Part shown: in pieces, positions 12,111-30,872 of the stretch
How the letters are laid out: every line of letters starts with the position of its first letter
Position numbering within the stretch: the stretch's first letter is position 1
NCBI RefSeq assembly: GCF_009914755.1
Contig: NC_060930.1
DNA length: 64,000 bases
Origin: the human T2T-CHM13v2.0 reference genome, Homo sapiens
Reading direction: 5' to 3' (one strand)
Made by a program: the position numbers and the translations under genes
Notes under the pieces: generated by a model
The model's input: only the letters and a program-made list of their open reading frames with translations
The model's database searches: none
What the model was told of the DNA's origin: nothing

Positions 12111-13046
12111 TTTTTAAACTTTTCACCCGGAAATAATTTCAAACTTAAGGGAAAAAATTAAGAATAAGAATAGTATAAAGACCACCCATATACCTTTTAT
12201 CAGGATTCACTTTTAACGTTCATTCTCTCTCTCTGTATGTGTTTATATCTGTGTATGTTTGTGTGTGTGTCTTCCAGAACATTTACGAGTAAATTATATA
12301 TATTATGTTCCTTTGCCCTTAAATATTTAAGTGAGTATTTCCTAAAGGAATATTTTCTTGTGCTATAGCCATAATATAGTTACCAATTCAGTATATTTAA
12401 CATTAATATAATTTTTTATGAATTTTCTAACCTGTATTCCATTTTTTTCAATTGGCCAGTAATATCCTTTATAGTATTTACCCCCTCCAGTTCAGGAATC
12501 TGTCTAGAATTGGGTGTTTTCCATATCCCTTTAGTCTCCTTTAACCTGGAACATTTTCACAATCTTTCTTTGTATTTTATGACATTGACTTTTTGAAGAA
12601 CCTGGTAACTGCTCACATTTTTAAAACATAGAACATTTCTTATTTGGGCTTTGCGTGATTTTCTACCCTCATAATTGGGTTCACATTATGCATCCCAGAG
12701 AATAGAATGTACATGGCATGTCGTTCTCAGGACTATTAAATCTGGAGACATGCAATGTTCATTGCCCCTCATTGCTGAGGTTAATTCCAATCACACAGTC
12801 AAGTTGATATATGTGTATAGTTTCCCCCTTGCAACTAATAAGCAATCTGCGGGAGATGCTTAAAGATCATACAAATAACTTGCTCCCCATCAAAATTTTC
12901 CTCTAGAGTTAGCATCTATTGATAATTCCTACTTGAACCATATTTACTATGATGGTTGCAAAATGGTGTTTTTTTTCAACTCCAGAATTTTCTTCACATT
13001 TACCAGTTTTTACTTTGGCATTCTATTGTAATCAAGAATCCCCCTT

Positions 13047-13382
<336 letters not shown>

Positions 13383-13875
13383 TTATGTATTTATTATCAG
13401 TATGGACTTATAAAATCTTATTTTTCAGTGGTTTACAATTCCATTATTGCCTTTAATAACTTTGGTAGTCCATATAACCCAGATTGTGTCAGAGGCAGAC
13501 CCTTCAAGCTGAGTACTCTGTCCTTTTGACATTCTTCCACCATATTTCTTAAACTTTCTTAATTTCTGGCATAACAAATTGTTCTAGGCTCTACTGCATT
13601 TACCCTGTCCCAGTCCTGAAGTCTCCTATTTCTTAGTGGTGCTCTTTTAATGAGGAATGTATTAGAGACCAATATCCAGGGTCTAGGTGTATTTACTGTT
13701 TCTAAGGCACCTTTGCTTCTAGAACATTTTATCAACAATATCTAGGAAACACGTGTATACTCACACATACATAATATGTAAATACACACACACATATATG
13801 TACATGTGCACATATACATGCCTATGCACATACATATGCGTATTTTAATAATTATGAGTACCCAACGATATTTAC

Positions 13876-14178
<303 letters not shown>

Positions 14179-14519
14179 GATATTTACAATTCTAATGTAT
14201 CCCCTGAGGAGCATTTTTTTTTTTTTTTTTTTTTTTTTGCCTTCCCACCATCACCTATTTGTATAATCCTCTTCTGCAATTAGAATAGCGGCTGAAATGA
14301 TTTACTCAAACGAGTAAATCAACACATTTAGTCATGTGCCCTATCCTATAATACACCTAAAATTGCTTCAAAATTGCTTTGTCCACATTACAACAGAAAA
14401 CAAAATCGATTAAAAAGAGTCCAAGATTTGTTTGTAATTCTCGTCCTGCCCCAAGTTAAAAGTAACATGGTCTGATTCTTTCTTTTTGTATACTATGGTT
14501 TGGTATTCACTTGAGTATG

Positions 14520-14742
14520 AGCCCAGGCTAGAATGTAGTGGCGTGATCTCAGTTCACGGCAATCTCCACCTCTCTGAGGCTCAAGTCACCCTCCCACCTC
14601 TCCAGAATAGCTCATTTTTTGTATTTTTTTGTAGAGACAGGATTTTGCCCTTTCTCTCAGGCTGGTCTCAAACGCCTGATCTCAAGGATCCGCCTTGGCC
14701 TCCCAAAGGGCTGGGATTAAAAGTGTGAGCCACTGCGTCCGG
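14520..14742 (-). mobile_element. Internally deleted old Alu
   Basis: Partial reverse-complement Alu arms. Confidence 0.75.
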
Positions 14743-15293
14743 CAACCACTACACTTCTAGATAACTGACTTCATTGCTTCCTGATTTATCCTCCTTCTAC
14801 ATGTCTGCCTTCTTATTTTCCCTTTTTTCTTGCACTTCAGAAAGTAATATAGTACTATAAATACTCCTTTGCATTTTGCTTTTTCTTCATTTAATGTCTT
14901 CTGGAAATTGCTCCGTATAAGTTAATAGATATCGTCCCTATTCACTCTGTTTCACAGTATCCCCATGTGTACACGCACTGTAGGTATAAACTAATCTCCT
15001 ATGACATTTAGTCAAAATGCATTTGGGAGTCAGTGGGTAAAAATAAATTGAAGATTGTAGGCCTAGGGGGTCTCCAGATAAGAACATCTTCAAAGCAGCA
15101 AGATTAAAGGAACAAAACATGTTCCCCTCATCATCTTATTTCCGTTTGTCCGATTCATTTTTTTGTGTGTAAATGCTCATTAATTAGGGTGCTCATTGTT
15201 TAGAATAATTTATATACTTTTTTTGTTTTTTTGTTTGCTTTTGCCATATGTAACGACTCACTAAAGAGGGCTTTAATTTAAATTTTTTTCTTA

Positions 15294-15760
<467 letters not shown>

Positions 15761-16112
15761 TACCCCATTTCCTCAACAACAACAACAAAAATTGCAAATA
15801 TCTTACCAAGACTCCCCTTTCCGATTTTGCTATTGAATCCTGAAGCATAAACTTAAAAAATTTTTACGACATTCCATTTTCCTTCCTAGCATTTCAAATT
15901 TAACTTGTTTCTGTTTTCCCCATAAAGTCCAAATGACTCTAGTTTATGTATATGGGGATAAAAATGGTGTCTTCATGATTAACATATATTGCTTTAGAGA
16001 AGAATTCACAAAGCTTTCTCATTAACTTTATCTAAAGTTTACAAATCATGTGCGGAAGCGTATAAAGGAGTGACAGTGAGCAAGAGAGTCTAACCCAAGT
16101 AAAAATGCAGAA

Positions 16113-16559
16113 CAGCTGGCCCTTCGTAACCATGGGTTCTGCATGCAATGGATTCAACCTACTGCTGATCTAAAATACTTGAAAAACCCTGCGTCTATAC
16201 CGAACATGTACAGAAATTTTCTTGTCATTATTCCCTAAACAGTGCAATATAACAACTATTTACATAGCATTTGCATCACGTAAGACAGCAGTCCCCAACC
16301 TTTTTGGCACTAGGGACCGGTTTAGTAGAAGACAATTTTTCCACGGACGGGACCGGTACTGATCCGCGGCCGGGAGGTTGGGGACCCCTGATATAAGGTG
16401 TGATAAATAATCTAGAAATGGTTTAAAGTATGCCGGAAGGTGTACATAGGTTATAAGCAAATACTCGATCATTTTATATCAAGGACTTGAGCACTGGTAG
16501 ATTTTACTATTCGCAGGAGGTCCTGAAACCAACCTTTCACAGATACCAAAGGACGACTG
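16113..16559. mobile_element. Tigger3/MER7-like TcMar MITE
   Basis: Terminal inverted repeats CAGCTGGCCCTTCGTA...TACCAAAGGACGACTG followed by TA; characteristic internal sequence. Confidence 0.8.
16286..16390. mobile_element. MER1-like hAT-Charlie mini element nested in the Tigger
   Basis: CAGCAGTCCCCAACC...GGTTGGGGACCCCTG terminal inverted repeats with degenerate 8-bp flanks ACGTAAGA/ATATAAGG. Confidence 0.8.
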
Positions 16560-16896
16560 TATAGTTATCGAGCAGAAGTAAAAAATGCTTTTCCTTCGCG
16601 TGTACGAAAATTATAAAACCATAACATACCAAAGATAGGTGTGTATTCTATTCACTGGAAGACAGAACGCGAATCCGTTGGAAATTAAAGTTAAATTTGT
16701 CATCTCTCTTTTGAAATGAGCGATAAGGGAAGGTATTGCAAGAACAGATGAGAAAAGAATACGATTAACGCCTTTATAAAAGTTGGGCAGTGGAGTAGTA
16801 ACTAATTTTAAGAGGTTAAGTAAGGAGACGTTGAGAATCTGATTTTCTTAATTATATCATGGTACCGGGAAACGGTGATCATTAAGAAAAACACCC

Positions 16897-16968
16897 TAGC
16901 CAAGGATGGCTTCGATCCGTTGACCTCTGGGTTACGGGCCCAGCACGCTTCCGCTGCACCACCCTGCC
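16897..16968 (-). tRNA. Initiator tRNA-Met-derived gene with a CGT (Thr) anticodon, probable pseudogene
   Basis: Minus strand GGCAGGGTGGTGCAGCGGAAGCGTGCTGGGCC-CGT-AACCCAGAGGTCAACGGATCGAAGCCATCCTTGGCTA aligns ungapped to the iMet gene at 46132; T5 terminator downstream. Confidence 0.88.
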
Positions 16969-17129
16969 CACGGAGAAAACACTCTACTTTTCTTCCTAAG
17001 ATGATAATCAATAAGCTCATATTTCCTCATACCAACAAATTCTGGTTTATTTATAAAATGGAATCTTATTTAGCTGTAAGAATGAATTTCTGTGACAATA
17101 CAAGTACTCTTTTAATACAAATAAATGTT

Positions 17130-17462
17130 TTTATTTATTATTATTATTATTATTATTGAGACATGGTCTCACTTTCACCCAGGTTGGAGGGCAGCTATGC
17201 CATCTAGGCTCACTGCAACCTCTGCCTCTGCTTCCCAGGCTCAAGCTATCCTCCCGCCTCAGCTTCCCGAGTAACTGGGGCTACAGGCGCGCTCCACCAC
17301 ACCCGGCTAATTTTTTTTTTTTTTTAAGTTTTTGTATTTTTTATAGAGAGGAGATTTCTCTATGTTGCCCAGGCTGGTCTTGAACTCCTGAGCTCAAGCA
17401 ATCCTTCCGTCTCGGCCTCCAAATGTGCTGGGATTACAGGCATGAGCCACCGCACCCGACCC
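17130..17462 (-). mobile_element. Alu (AluJ-like) with (TTA)n tail
   Basis: Reverse-complement Alu consensus. Confidence 0.9.
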
Positions 17463-17469
17463 AAATAAA

Positions 17470-17795
17470 CCTTAAAATGACATAAATACATCTCAAAACC
17501 ATAATGTTGTGCAAAAATGCCACACTATGGGATATACTCTACGATTTCACTTCTGTCGAGTTCAAGAACAGGCAAACTAACATCTGGTGATAGAAGTCAG
17601 AATAGTACTTAGCTTACAGGATGCAGTATTGACTTGATAAGGTAACACAACGAAATTTGGAAATTTTCTCAATCTTGATCTGGATGGTGTAATTTCATAA
17701 TTACATGAAATTATACATATATAAAATTCATTGAGCTCTATCTATACTTTTTTTTTTACATTTTATTGTATGTAAAGTATACTTCAATAAAGTAC
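17470..17795 (+). mobile_element. Old L1 (L1ME-like) 3' end
   Basis: AACAGGCAAACTAA...GTGATAGAAGTCAGAATAGT...TATACTTCAATAAA. Confidence 0.6.
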
Positions 17796-18388
17796 TGAAA
17801 AAAGTGAAAGCAGAAATGAAGAAAGGAAAGAAAGAAGGCAAGAAAAAGGAAGTATGTTCTAATATACTTCAGGGAGCTAAGGCAAAAGTGACCAGAGGAC
17901 AACTTCCTAAACAAAGTTGTAGAGCCATGAAGTGGTCCGTAGGAGCAGGAGGAAATTCCTAGCACTGTTTGGAAAAAGTACGCTGAGCTCTGCCTTCCGC
18001 AGATAACACTCCCTCAATGCAAAACACTATTTCGCAGAGCCTTGTTCTCCTCCCAGGAAGGCAGGATTGTTTATAACCCCTAATGTATGACAGAATGATA
18101 GACCTAATAGGGGTACTGGCTCTGATAGATTTTGAAAGCATTCTCCCAAATAAGAAGAAAGTTTCCTTTTAATGTATTAATTCCAAAAGAAAAAAAAAAA
18201 GAAATTAAAAGGAGCTCCAGAAAACTAAGAAATATTTCTTGTTTAATTGAGGTGCTAATTCATTCAATATTCAGGAAAACGTGTCTGTTTGGACCATAGG
18301 TCTAGACTTCAGAGGCAAAGAAAGATCTCCCCAGTGGGCACAGGTCTCTTCTGTGGCTGGCTGCAACTACTGCATGAAGACCACATGC

Positions 18389-18689
18389 TTTTCTTTTTTT
18401 TTCTTTTTGAGACGGAGTCTCACTCTGTCGCCCAGGCTGGAGGGCAGTGGTGCGATCTCGGCTCACTGCTAGCTCTGCCTCCTGGGTTCACGTCATTCTC
18501 CTGCCTCAGCCTCCCGAGTACCTGGGACTACAGGCGCCCGCCACCACTCCCGGCTAATTTTTTGTATTTTTAGTAGAGACGGGGTTTCACCGTGTTAGCC
18601 AGGATGGTTTCGATCTCCTGACCTCGTGATCCGCCCGCCTCGGCCTCCCAAAGTGCTGGGATTACAGGCGTGAGCCACCGCGCCCGGCC
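18389..18689 (-). mobile_element. AluY-like
   Basis: CpG-rich, diagnostic CACCGTGTTAGCCAGGATGG, flanking ACCACAT duplication. Confidence 0.93.
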
Positions 18690-19259
18690 AACCACATACT
18701 TTCCTTTTTGGCTTCCTTTTATGCATTGTTGTCAGTGGTTGGGCAAGTGCAGTACTAACTATGAGAGTCCAGGAGTGGAGCAGAGACTATATCTTGAGGT
18801 CCCTGGAAAATGAGTAAAGAGAGTCAGACTATTTCTGGGGCAATGGTGGGGAAGTCAGTTAAAACTACTGGTGGGGAAATCAACACATAAAGGCAGATGC
18901 TCACGCACAAGCCCACAGATAGGTAGACATACAGACATACATAAAAAGGCACCAAACAATTTATAGCTATTCTTTAACCAGTCCTTTAATTTTATTAAAT
19001 TCCAGCATTCTCTCTTTTAGAGAATCCAGTCATATCTTGCTTGAAACTTTCACTTGAAGTAAACACAACAACATTCAAGGGGAGTTATTCTGTTTCCTTA
19101 TGCTAGGGTACCAGCCAATAAGAAGACTTGTAATATAATTGCTGAACACAGAATCTTTGAGGATTGAACCTGGGGTGCCCTCCTTAAGGGAGCAAGCTGT
19201 AAGTCTTGCCATATTCTTATGCTGTGCTGATGCAGGATAAGAAGCATCTCTAAAACATT

Positions 19260-19790
19260 TAGACCTGCACTATTCATGTACTTATTATCTGCAGTGGCTA
19301 TTGAGCACATGAAATGTGGCTAGACTTAGCCTGGGCAACATGGTGAAACCCCGTTTCTACAAAAAAATTAGTTGTGTATGGTGGAGCATGCCTGTAATCC
19401 CAGCTACTTGGGAGGCTGAGGTGGGAGGATCACCCGAGCGTGGGAGGTCGAGGCTGCAGTGAGCCAAGATCACACCACTGCACTCCATCCTGGATGACAG
19501 AGTGAGACCCTGTCTCTAACCAAAAAAAAAGAAGGAAAGAAATGTGGCTGGACTTAATTGAGATGTGATGTAAATGTGAAATACATAACAGATTTTGCAC
19601 ACATTATGTGAAAAAAAACTCAACGATAATTTTTTTCAAATTAATTAAATGTTAAAATAATATTTTGAGTATATTAGATAATACATATCACCCATTTATT
19701 TACTCTTTAATGTGGCTTCTAGGCTATTTAAAATTATATACCTGGCTCACATCTGTGGCTTGTGTTATATTTTGTTGGACTATGGCTGGT
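19260..19790. mobile_element. MER3/MER33-like hAT element split by an Alu fragment (about 19328-19538)
   Basis: GTGGCTATTGAGCACATGAAATGTGGCTAG; GAAATGTGGCT(A/G)GACTT duplicated around the Alu. Confidence 0.7.
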
Positions 19791-20384
19791 GTAGCTAGCC
19801 CGCATCTTGTATACCATATATTTTTATCATGACCTCTTTTCAATGTCCATTGATTAATATATCACTAATTTTACCATTGTAAACACATTTTTGACATTCT
19901 TTAGACTAACTAGCTAGTGTCTGCTATTGATCCAGAAAAGAGAGCTGAAGCAATTGGACCATTCCTAGATTATGAACTCTTGACTAGGAAAATGACTGCC
20001 TTCCAGGTGTAGATTGAAAATCGTCCACATTTATATCACACTTTCTACACTGAGGAAAGTTAAAGACATCACAGGTGTTGGGTGTCCAGAAAGAGGACCG
20101 TGGAATGTACTATCAGCTGAGAGGCATTGTCTCCTCCCTGTGTACAAATACTAGTCTAAGGGCTTAACATGCTTAATTTTCCTATGAGCTATTCTCTATT
20201 ATTGTCTTCATAATTAGGTAAAAGTCATAGAGTGGTTGAGAAACTTTCCTATGTGAGGTGAGCTACATGTCAGCCTAGATTTGGACTATAGTATACTTTT
20301 ACCACTATCCTGCACTCCAGGAAAGTCCCATAGTGAGGGGTGAGGAGCACAGTCTTTGGAGCCAAACTACCTAGCAACAATTCT

Positions 20385-21238
20385 TTTTAAAAAATTTAAT
20401 ATTATTTTTCATCGACAAATCATAATTATCTACATTTATGAGGTACAGTGTGATGTTTTGATGTTTTGATATATGTGTACAGTATGGAAGATTAAATCAA
20501 GCTAGTTAATTAAATTAAATCACATGCTGGATATATTCCCTTGCCTATCTTTTATTTTTTCATACCCAGATGAGCTGAATTACCTATTATTTTTTATGGT
20601 GGAACATTTGAAATTTACCCTCTTATTTTGAAATAGGCAATTCATTTTTGTTGACTTATAGTCACTTTGCTGTGCAATGTATTTCAAAACTTATTCCTCC
20701 TATCTGAAACTTTGTACCCTTTGACCAACAGCTCATTCCCTTCCTCTCCCCCAACCCCAGTAACCACATTCTACTTTTTAGTTCTACGAGTTCAACTACA
20801 TTAGATTCCACAAGTAAGTGAGATCATGTGGTATTTGCTTTCTGTGCTTGTCTTGTTTCACTTAGCATGATGTCCTCCAGGTTCATCTTACACATTTTTG
20901 CAAATGACAGAATTCCCTTCTTGTTAAGGCTGAATAATATTTCATTGTGTATCTATACCACATTTTCTTTGTCCATTCAGTCATTGATGGACACTTAGGT
21001 TGATGCCATATCTTGGCTGTTGTGAATAATGCTGCAATAAACATGGGAGTGCAGATATCCCTTCAACACATTGACTTCAATTTCCTTGAATATATATCCA
21101 GAAGTGAGATTGGGGCATTATATGGCCGTTCTATTTTTGGTTTTTGGAGGAACTTTCATACCATTTTCCATAATGGGTGTACTAATTTACATTTCTACCA
21201 CCAACATACAATGTTTTCTCTGCATCCTTGCCAACACC
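20385..21238 (-). mobile_element. L1MA-like 3' end
   Basis: Reverse complement of L1 3' UTR and ORF2 end (GTGAGATCATGTGGTATTTG, GATGGACACTTAGGTTG). Confidence 0.85.
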
Positions 21239-21374
21239 CTAGACACAATTCATGCCTCTGTCACTTTCTCACTGTGTGTCTTTAGGCAAGCTACTTGGCT
21301 TCTTCATTGTTCTGTCCCCATCTGCAAAATAATGACTGAAACAGTGCCTACCTCATAGGATTGTCATTAACTCA

Positions 21375-21810
21375 ATAGTTTGACAGTTTCTCATAAGGTT
21401 AAATATACACTTATTATATGACCCAGCAATACCACTCCCAGAAATTTTCTTAGAGAAATGAAAACATATGTTCACACAAAAACCTGAACATGAATGTTTA
21501 TGGTGACTTTATTTATTTTTGAGAAAAAATGGAAATAAATGTTCTTCAACAGGTGAATGGATAAATGAACTGTGGTATACTCATACAACTGAACACAATT
21601 AAAAATGGATTTTTAATCAGCAATAAAAGAAATAAATTATTGATATAAGTAACAACTTGGATAAATCTCAGTGGCATTATGCTGAGTGAAGGAAGCCAGT
21701 CTCCAAAGGTTACATACTGTTTGATTCCATTTAAGTGACACTCTCTAAAAGACAACCTATAGTGAGTAACAGAGAACATGTTAGTGTTTACCAGCAGTAG
21801 GGATGGCAGG
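21375..21810 (+). mobile_element. Old L1 3' fragment
   Basis: ATATGACCCAGCAATACCACTCC...GAATGGATAAATGAACTGTGG. Confidence 0.8.
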
Positions 21811-22169
21811 ATGTACGAAAAGATGTTCTAATTGATAGACATTCAACTTATTTGGAAAGTCTGGATATTATAGATCCTGCTGCTGTGCACACTGCACACC
21901 TGACACAGAGAAGAGTGGACAGGAAGGGGAAGGCGAGGTTCTGTTCAAGTCCAATGGGTTTGGTTCCACCTGGCCTCAATCTGCAATCAGCACTAGATGG
22001 TTTAGTCCTTCACTTTCTTCAAGGATGTAGATTAGGACACACAGTGTGAACATCTAAAGCTCCAGTTTTAGATCTGGAGTATGTTTACTTTAGAAAATTG
22101 GAAGACACTGAGGTTTTTCAAAAACAATACTGAGGTCTAAATCAGGGTGCAAGTGACAGGGAACACAGG

Positions 22170-26180
<4,011 letters not shown>

Positions 26181-26195
26181 GCCACCTCCTGTTCT

Positions 26196-27065
26196 CTTCT
26201 GCTCTGTGAAAGACACTGTTAAGAGAATGAAAAGACACGCCACAGACTGGAGAAAATATTTGCATAATACGTATGTATCTGCTGAAGCACTGGTATACAA
26301 AATATACATAGAATGTTAAAACTCATAATAAGGTAAAAAATTAATGGGCAAAATATTTAAACAGAAACCCCGCCAAAGAAGATATGCAGATGGTAAACAG
26401 TATAAAAAGATGCCAAACATCATTGACATATGCTATATGTCAATATTTAGCTATATATAACTAAACATCAGTAAATACTTCTGATTGCAATTTAAACATC
26501 AGTAAGATACCATAATTGCAAATTAAACATCAGTAAGATATTACTACACACCATTCAATTGGCTAAAATTCAAAACACCACATGCTAAGGAGGAGGTGGA
26601 GTAACAGGTACTCTCATTCATTACTGATGAGAATGCAAAATGGTACAGCCACTTTGGAGGACAGTATGGCAATTTCTTACAAAGCTAAAACACAGTCCTA
26701 CAATACAATTCAACCACCACAATCCACGTGTTTATCCAAATGAGCTTAAAGTGAATGTCCACATAAGGACCTGCATGTGAATGTTTATAGAAGTTTTATT
26801 CATAGTTGCCAAAAATTGGAAGCAACCAAGAAGTCCTTCAACAGGCAAATGAATAAACTGTGGCATAACCATACAATGGAATATTATTCAACACTAAAAA
26901 GAAATGCACTATCAAGTCACGAAAAGATATAGAGGAACCTAAAATCCATATTGCTAAGTGAATGGAACCATCTGAAAAGGCTACATATGACTTCAAATAT
27001 ATGACAATCTGGAAAAGGCAAAACAATAGAGATAGCAAACAGAGTGCAACCGTGGTTGCAGGAGA
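26196..27065 (+). mobile_element. L1 (L1MB/MC-like) ORF2 C-terminus and 3' UTR fragment
   Basis: AAAGACACTGTTAAGAGAATGAAAAGAC...CAAAGAAGATAT...AAATGGTACAGCCACTTTGGA. Confidence 0.85.
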
Positions 27066-27069
27066 GGTG

Positions 27070-30000
27070 GTAAAGAAATGTGGGATACCATTAAGCACAC
27101 CAACATACACAAAATGAAAGCACTAGGAAAGGAAAGAGAGAAAGGAGTAGAAAAAATTGTCAAAGAGAGTGGCTGAAAACTTCCCAATCTAATTGAAAAA
27201 CATTAATCTACATGTCCAGAAAGCGCAACAAATTCTACATAGGATTATACAAAGAGTTCCACAAACAGACATGTCAAGTAAAAGCGCTGAAAGACAAAGA
27301 CAAAGAGAAAATCTTGAAAGTAACAAGAGAAAAATGACTCATCACTTACAGAAGAACCCTAAACAAATTAACAACTGACTTCTCATGTGAAACAATGGAG
27401 GCCAGAGGCAGTGGGATAAGATATTCAGTGTTCAACAAAAAATACTGTCACCCCAAAGTTCTACATCTAACAAAGCTACCTTTCAAAAATGAAAGCAAAA
27501 TAAAGACATTCCCACATAAACAAAAACAGAGAATTTGTTGTTAGAAGACCTGCCTTAGAAATACTAAAGGAAATTATTCAGACTGAAGGTGACACCATCT
27601 GGTAATTCAAACACACATTTAAAACAAGAGCACTGGTAAAGGTAATCACGCAATTATAAAAGACAGTATAAATGTGTTCTTATCTTAACTGATTCAAAAA
27701 GTAATTGTACAAAACAATATGCATATTATGTACAAAACCGTATGCTATGAGGGCCTATAGCGTATAGAAATGTAATATATCTGCTAATAACAGCACAAAG
27801 GAGGTGGGTGAGAAGAAAGCTGCACTGGGCTAAGGAAATAACTCCTGATAGTAAGACAAATTTATAGGAATAAATAAAGAAACCAGAAATGATAAATAAT
27901 AAGATTAATATAGAATAAGCTATATATATATACACACACACAATTTTTTCTCCTTTTGTTTCTCTCACCTTATTTAAAACACATAAAATTATATAAATTA
28001 ATAATTGTAATAATGTTAGGTTTGTAATATTTATAGTTGTAATATTTATAACAATAATATGATTAAAAGGGAGAAATAGGAGAAAGAGCTATATGGGATT
28101 GAGATTTTTATATCTCACTGGAATTAAGTTAGTATAAATCTGAAAGTGTTCTGATAAGGTATATGACAAATAAGTCCTAGGAATTATTGAATTATTTCCT
28201 CTGAAGAAATAATTCAAAATTTATAGTGGAAAAATCATCAAAGAAATTAAATGCTACAGTATAAAATATTTGCTTAATGCAAAAATGGAATATAGGAGGA
28301 ATGGAAGAACCAAAAAGGCATGAGACATACAGAAAATAAAAAGTTAAATACCAGACAAATCCAAATATATCAGTAATAATAATGTTATATGTAAATATAT
28401 TAAGCAATTGAATCAAAAGGCAGAGACTGTCAGGGTGGATAAAGAAACAGTATTCAGCTATCTTTTGTCTAGAGAAGACACCATTTACATTTAAAGATAC
28501 AAGTAAATTGAAAGTAAAAGGATGGAAAACATATGTCATGCAAACTTCATCCAAAAAAAGCTGTAATGACTATACGAGTAGACAAAGTAGACTTTAAAAC
28601 AAATAATGTTACTAGGGACAAATAAGGACAAAAAGGGCTAATCCATCAGGAAGATATCACAATTATAAACATCTATGCAATTAATAAGAGCACCAAAATA
28701 CATAACGACAAAAGTGACAGAAATGAAGAGAAAAATAGACAATGCAAAAATAATAGTTGGAGTCCTCAGTGCCCCACTTTCAGTAATGAATAGAACAACT
28801 AAGAAATAGATCAGTAGGGAAATACAAGACTTGAAGAATGCTATAAACCAACTAGACCTAACAAATATTTATAGAATCTCCATTAAACAGCAGCAGAATG
28901 TACATTCTTCTCAAGAGCATATGGAACATTCTCTGAGATAGATCCTATGCTAGGTCATAAAACAAATCCAAATAAATTGAAAAGGATAGAAATAATGCAA
29001 AGTATGTTTGTCTGATCACAATGGAATGAAATCAGAAATCAAACACAGAGAGAAATTTAAAAATCCACAAATAAGTGGAAATTAAATTTCTAAATAGCCA
29101 GTGGGTTAAAGAAGAAATATTAAGATAAATTAGAAAATATTTGAGATAAATGAAAATAAAGAAACGACATACCAAAACTTATGGGATTCAGGTAAATTAG
29201 TGTTTAGAGGAAAATTTATAGCTATAAATGCCCATATTAAAAAAGAAGAAAAATATCAAATGAGTAAACTAAGTTTTTACCTTAAGACACTGGAAAAAGA
29301 CCAAACTAAACAGAAGCAAAATTCAGGATAACAGTGAAATTAATGAAGTTAATAATAGAAAAATGTCAAGAAAATCAATGAAATGAAAAACTAGCTCTTC
29401 AAAAAGATCAATAAAATTAACAAACCTTTAGATAGAGTGACCAAGAAAAAAAGAGAACTGAAATTATTGGAATCCAAAATGAAAGAGTGAACATTACTAC
29501 TAACCATATAGAAATAAAAAGACTGTAAAGGACAGCTGCGAAAAACTGTATGCCAAAACATTAGATAACTTAGATGGAATAGACAAATCCCTGTAATGAT
29601 GCTAACTACTGAAACTGACTCAAGAAGAAATAGACAATCTGACTAGACCTGTAATAAGTAAAGAGATAAATTAGTAATAAAAAAACTATATACAAATAAA
29701 TGTCCAGACTTAGATGGCTTCAGTGTTGAATTCTACCAAACACTTAAAAGAATTAATACCAACTCTTCACAAACTCTTCCAAAAAACAGAAGAGGAGGAA
29801 ACACTTCTCAACTCATTCTACAAGGCCAGTACCAGTATCCTTATACCAAAACCAGGCAAAGCCATCACAAGAAAAGAAAACTACAGACCAATATTTCTTA
29901 TGAATACAGACATAAAAATACTCAACAAAACACCAGCAAGATGAATCCAACAACATATAAAAAGAACTAGATATCATTACCAAGTGGGATTTATCCCAGA

Positions 30001-30530
30001 AGTGCAAGATTGTTTTAAATTCTGAAAATCAGTTAATATGATACACCATGTCAACAGAATAAAAAACAAAAACCACATGACCATCTCAAAAGATCTCTTT
30101 CATGTTAAAAAGTCTCAACAAACTAGAAATAGAAGGGAATTTCTTCAACCCTAAAAATGCACCTACAATTGCATGGAACCCTTGAAAAACTAGAACAAAG
30201 TTGAAAGACTCACACTTCCTGATTTCAAAATTTACTATAGAGCAACAGTAATTAAAACAATGTTGTACTGCCATAAGCATAAACATATAGATGAATGGAA
30301 TCTACAGTTGAGAGGCCAGAAATAAACCCATATGTCTATGGCCAACTGACTTTTTCCAAGAGTCTGAGACTATTCAGTAGGAAAAGAATAGTCTTTCCAA
30401 CAAATGGTGCCGGGACAAATTGACAGACATGTGCAAATGAATAAAGTTTGACACTTACCTCACACCATATACAAAAATTGACTCAATGGATTAAAGAGCT
30501 AAATATAAGAGCTAAAACTATAAAACCCAA
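27070..30530 (+). mobile_element. Old L1: ORF1 end, inter-ORF region and decayed ORF2 (endonuclease and reverse transcriptase)
   Basis: A-rich; the ORF at 29714 translates to L1 ORF2 ([44 protein letters not shown]). Confidence 0.92.
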
Positions 30531-30872
30531 TATTTGGGAAACCACTGCCTTATAGAAAGCTTATACATTTGTACTACAAGGCAAATACATGAATGTTTAT
30601 AGCAGTATTATTTAGAATATAAAAAATCTGGAAGGTATCTGAATGTGTATTCACAAAAACGAACACCAGAGAATTTAATTGTGATATACCTGCGCAGGGG
30701 AATACAATACCACAACGTAAACTGAATGGTCTCCAGGTACATTCAATAACATGGATGAATATCACAAACCAAAAGTTGTGCAAAAGAAGGCAGGCAAAGA
30801 ATAAAAAGACAGTATATATATAAAGTTCAAAGACTGGAAAATACATTTTGTCTTTTGATTCATACACATGAG

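Noticed and set aside
29714-29944. Reverse-transcriptase-region ORF as an active retroelement
   Set aside because: A short open piece of a heavily disrupted old L1 ORF2
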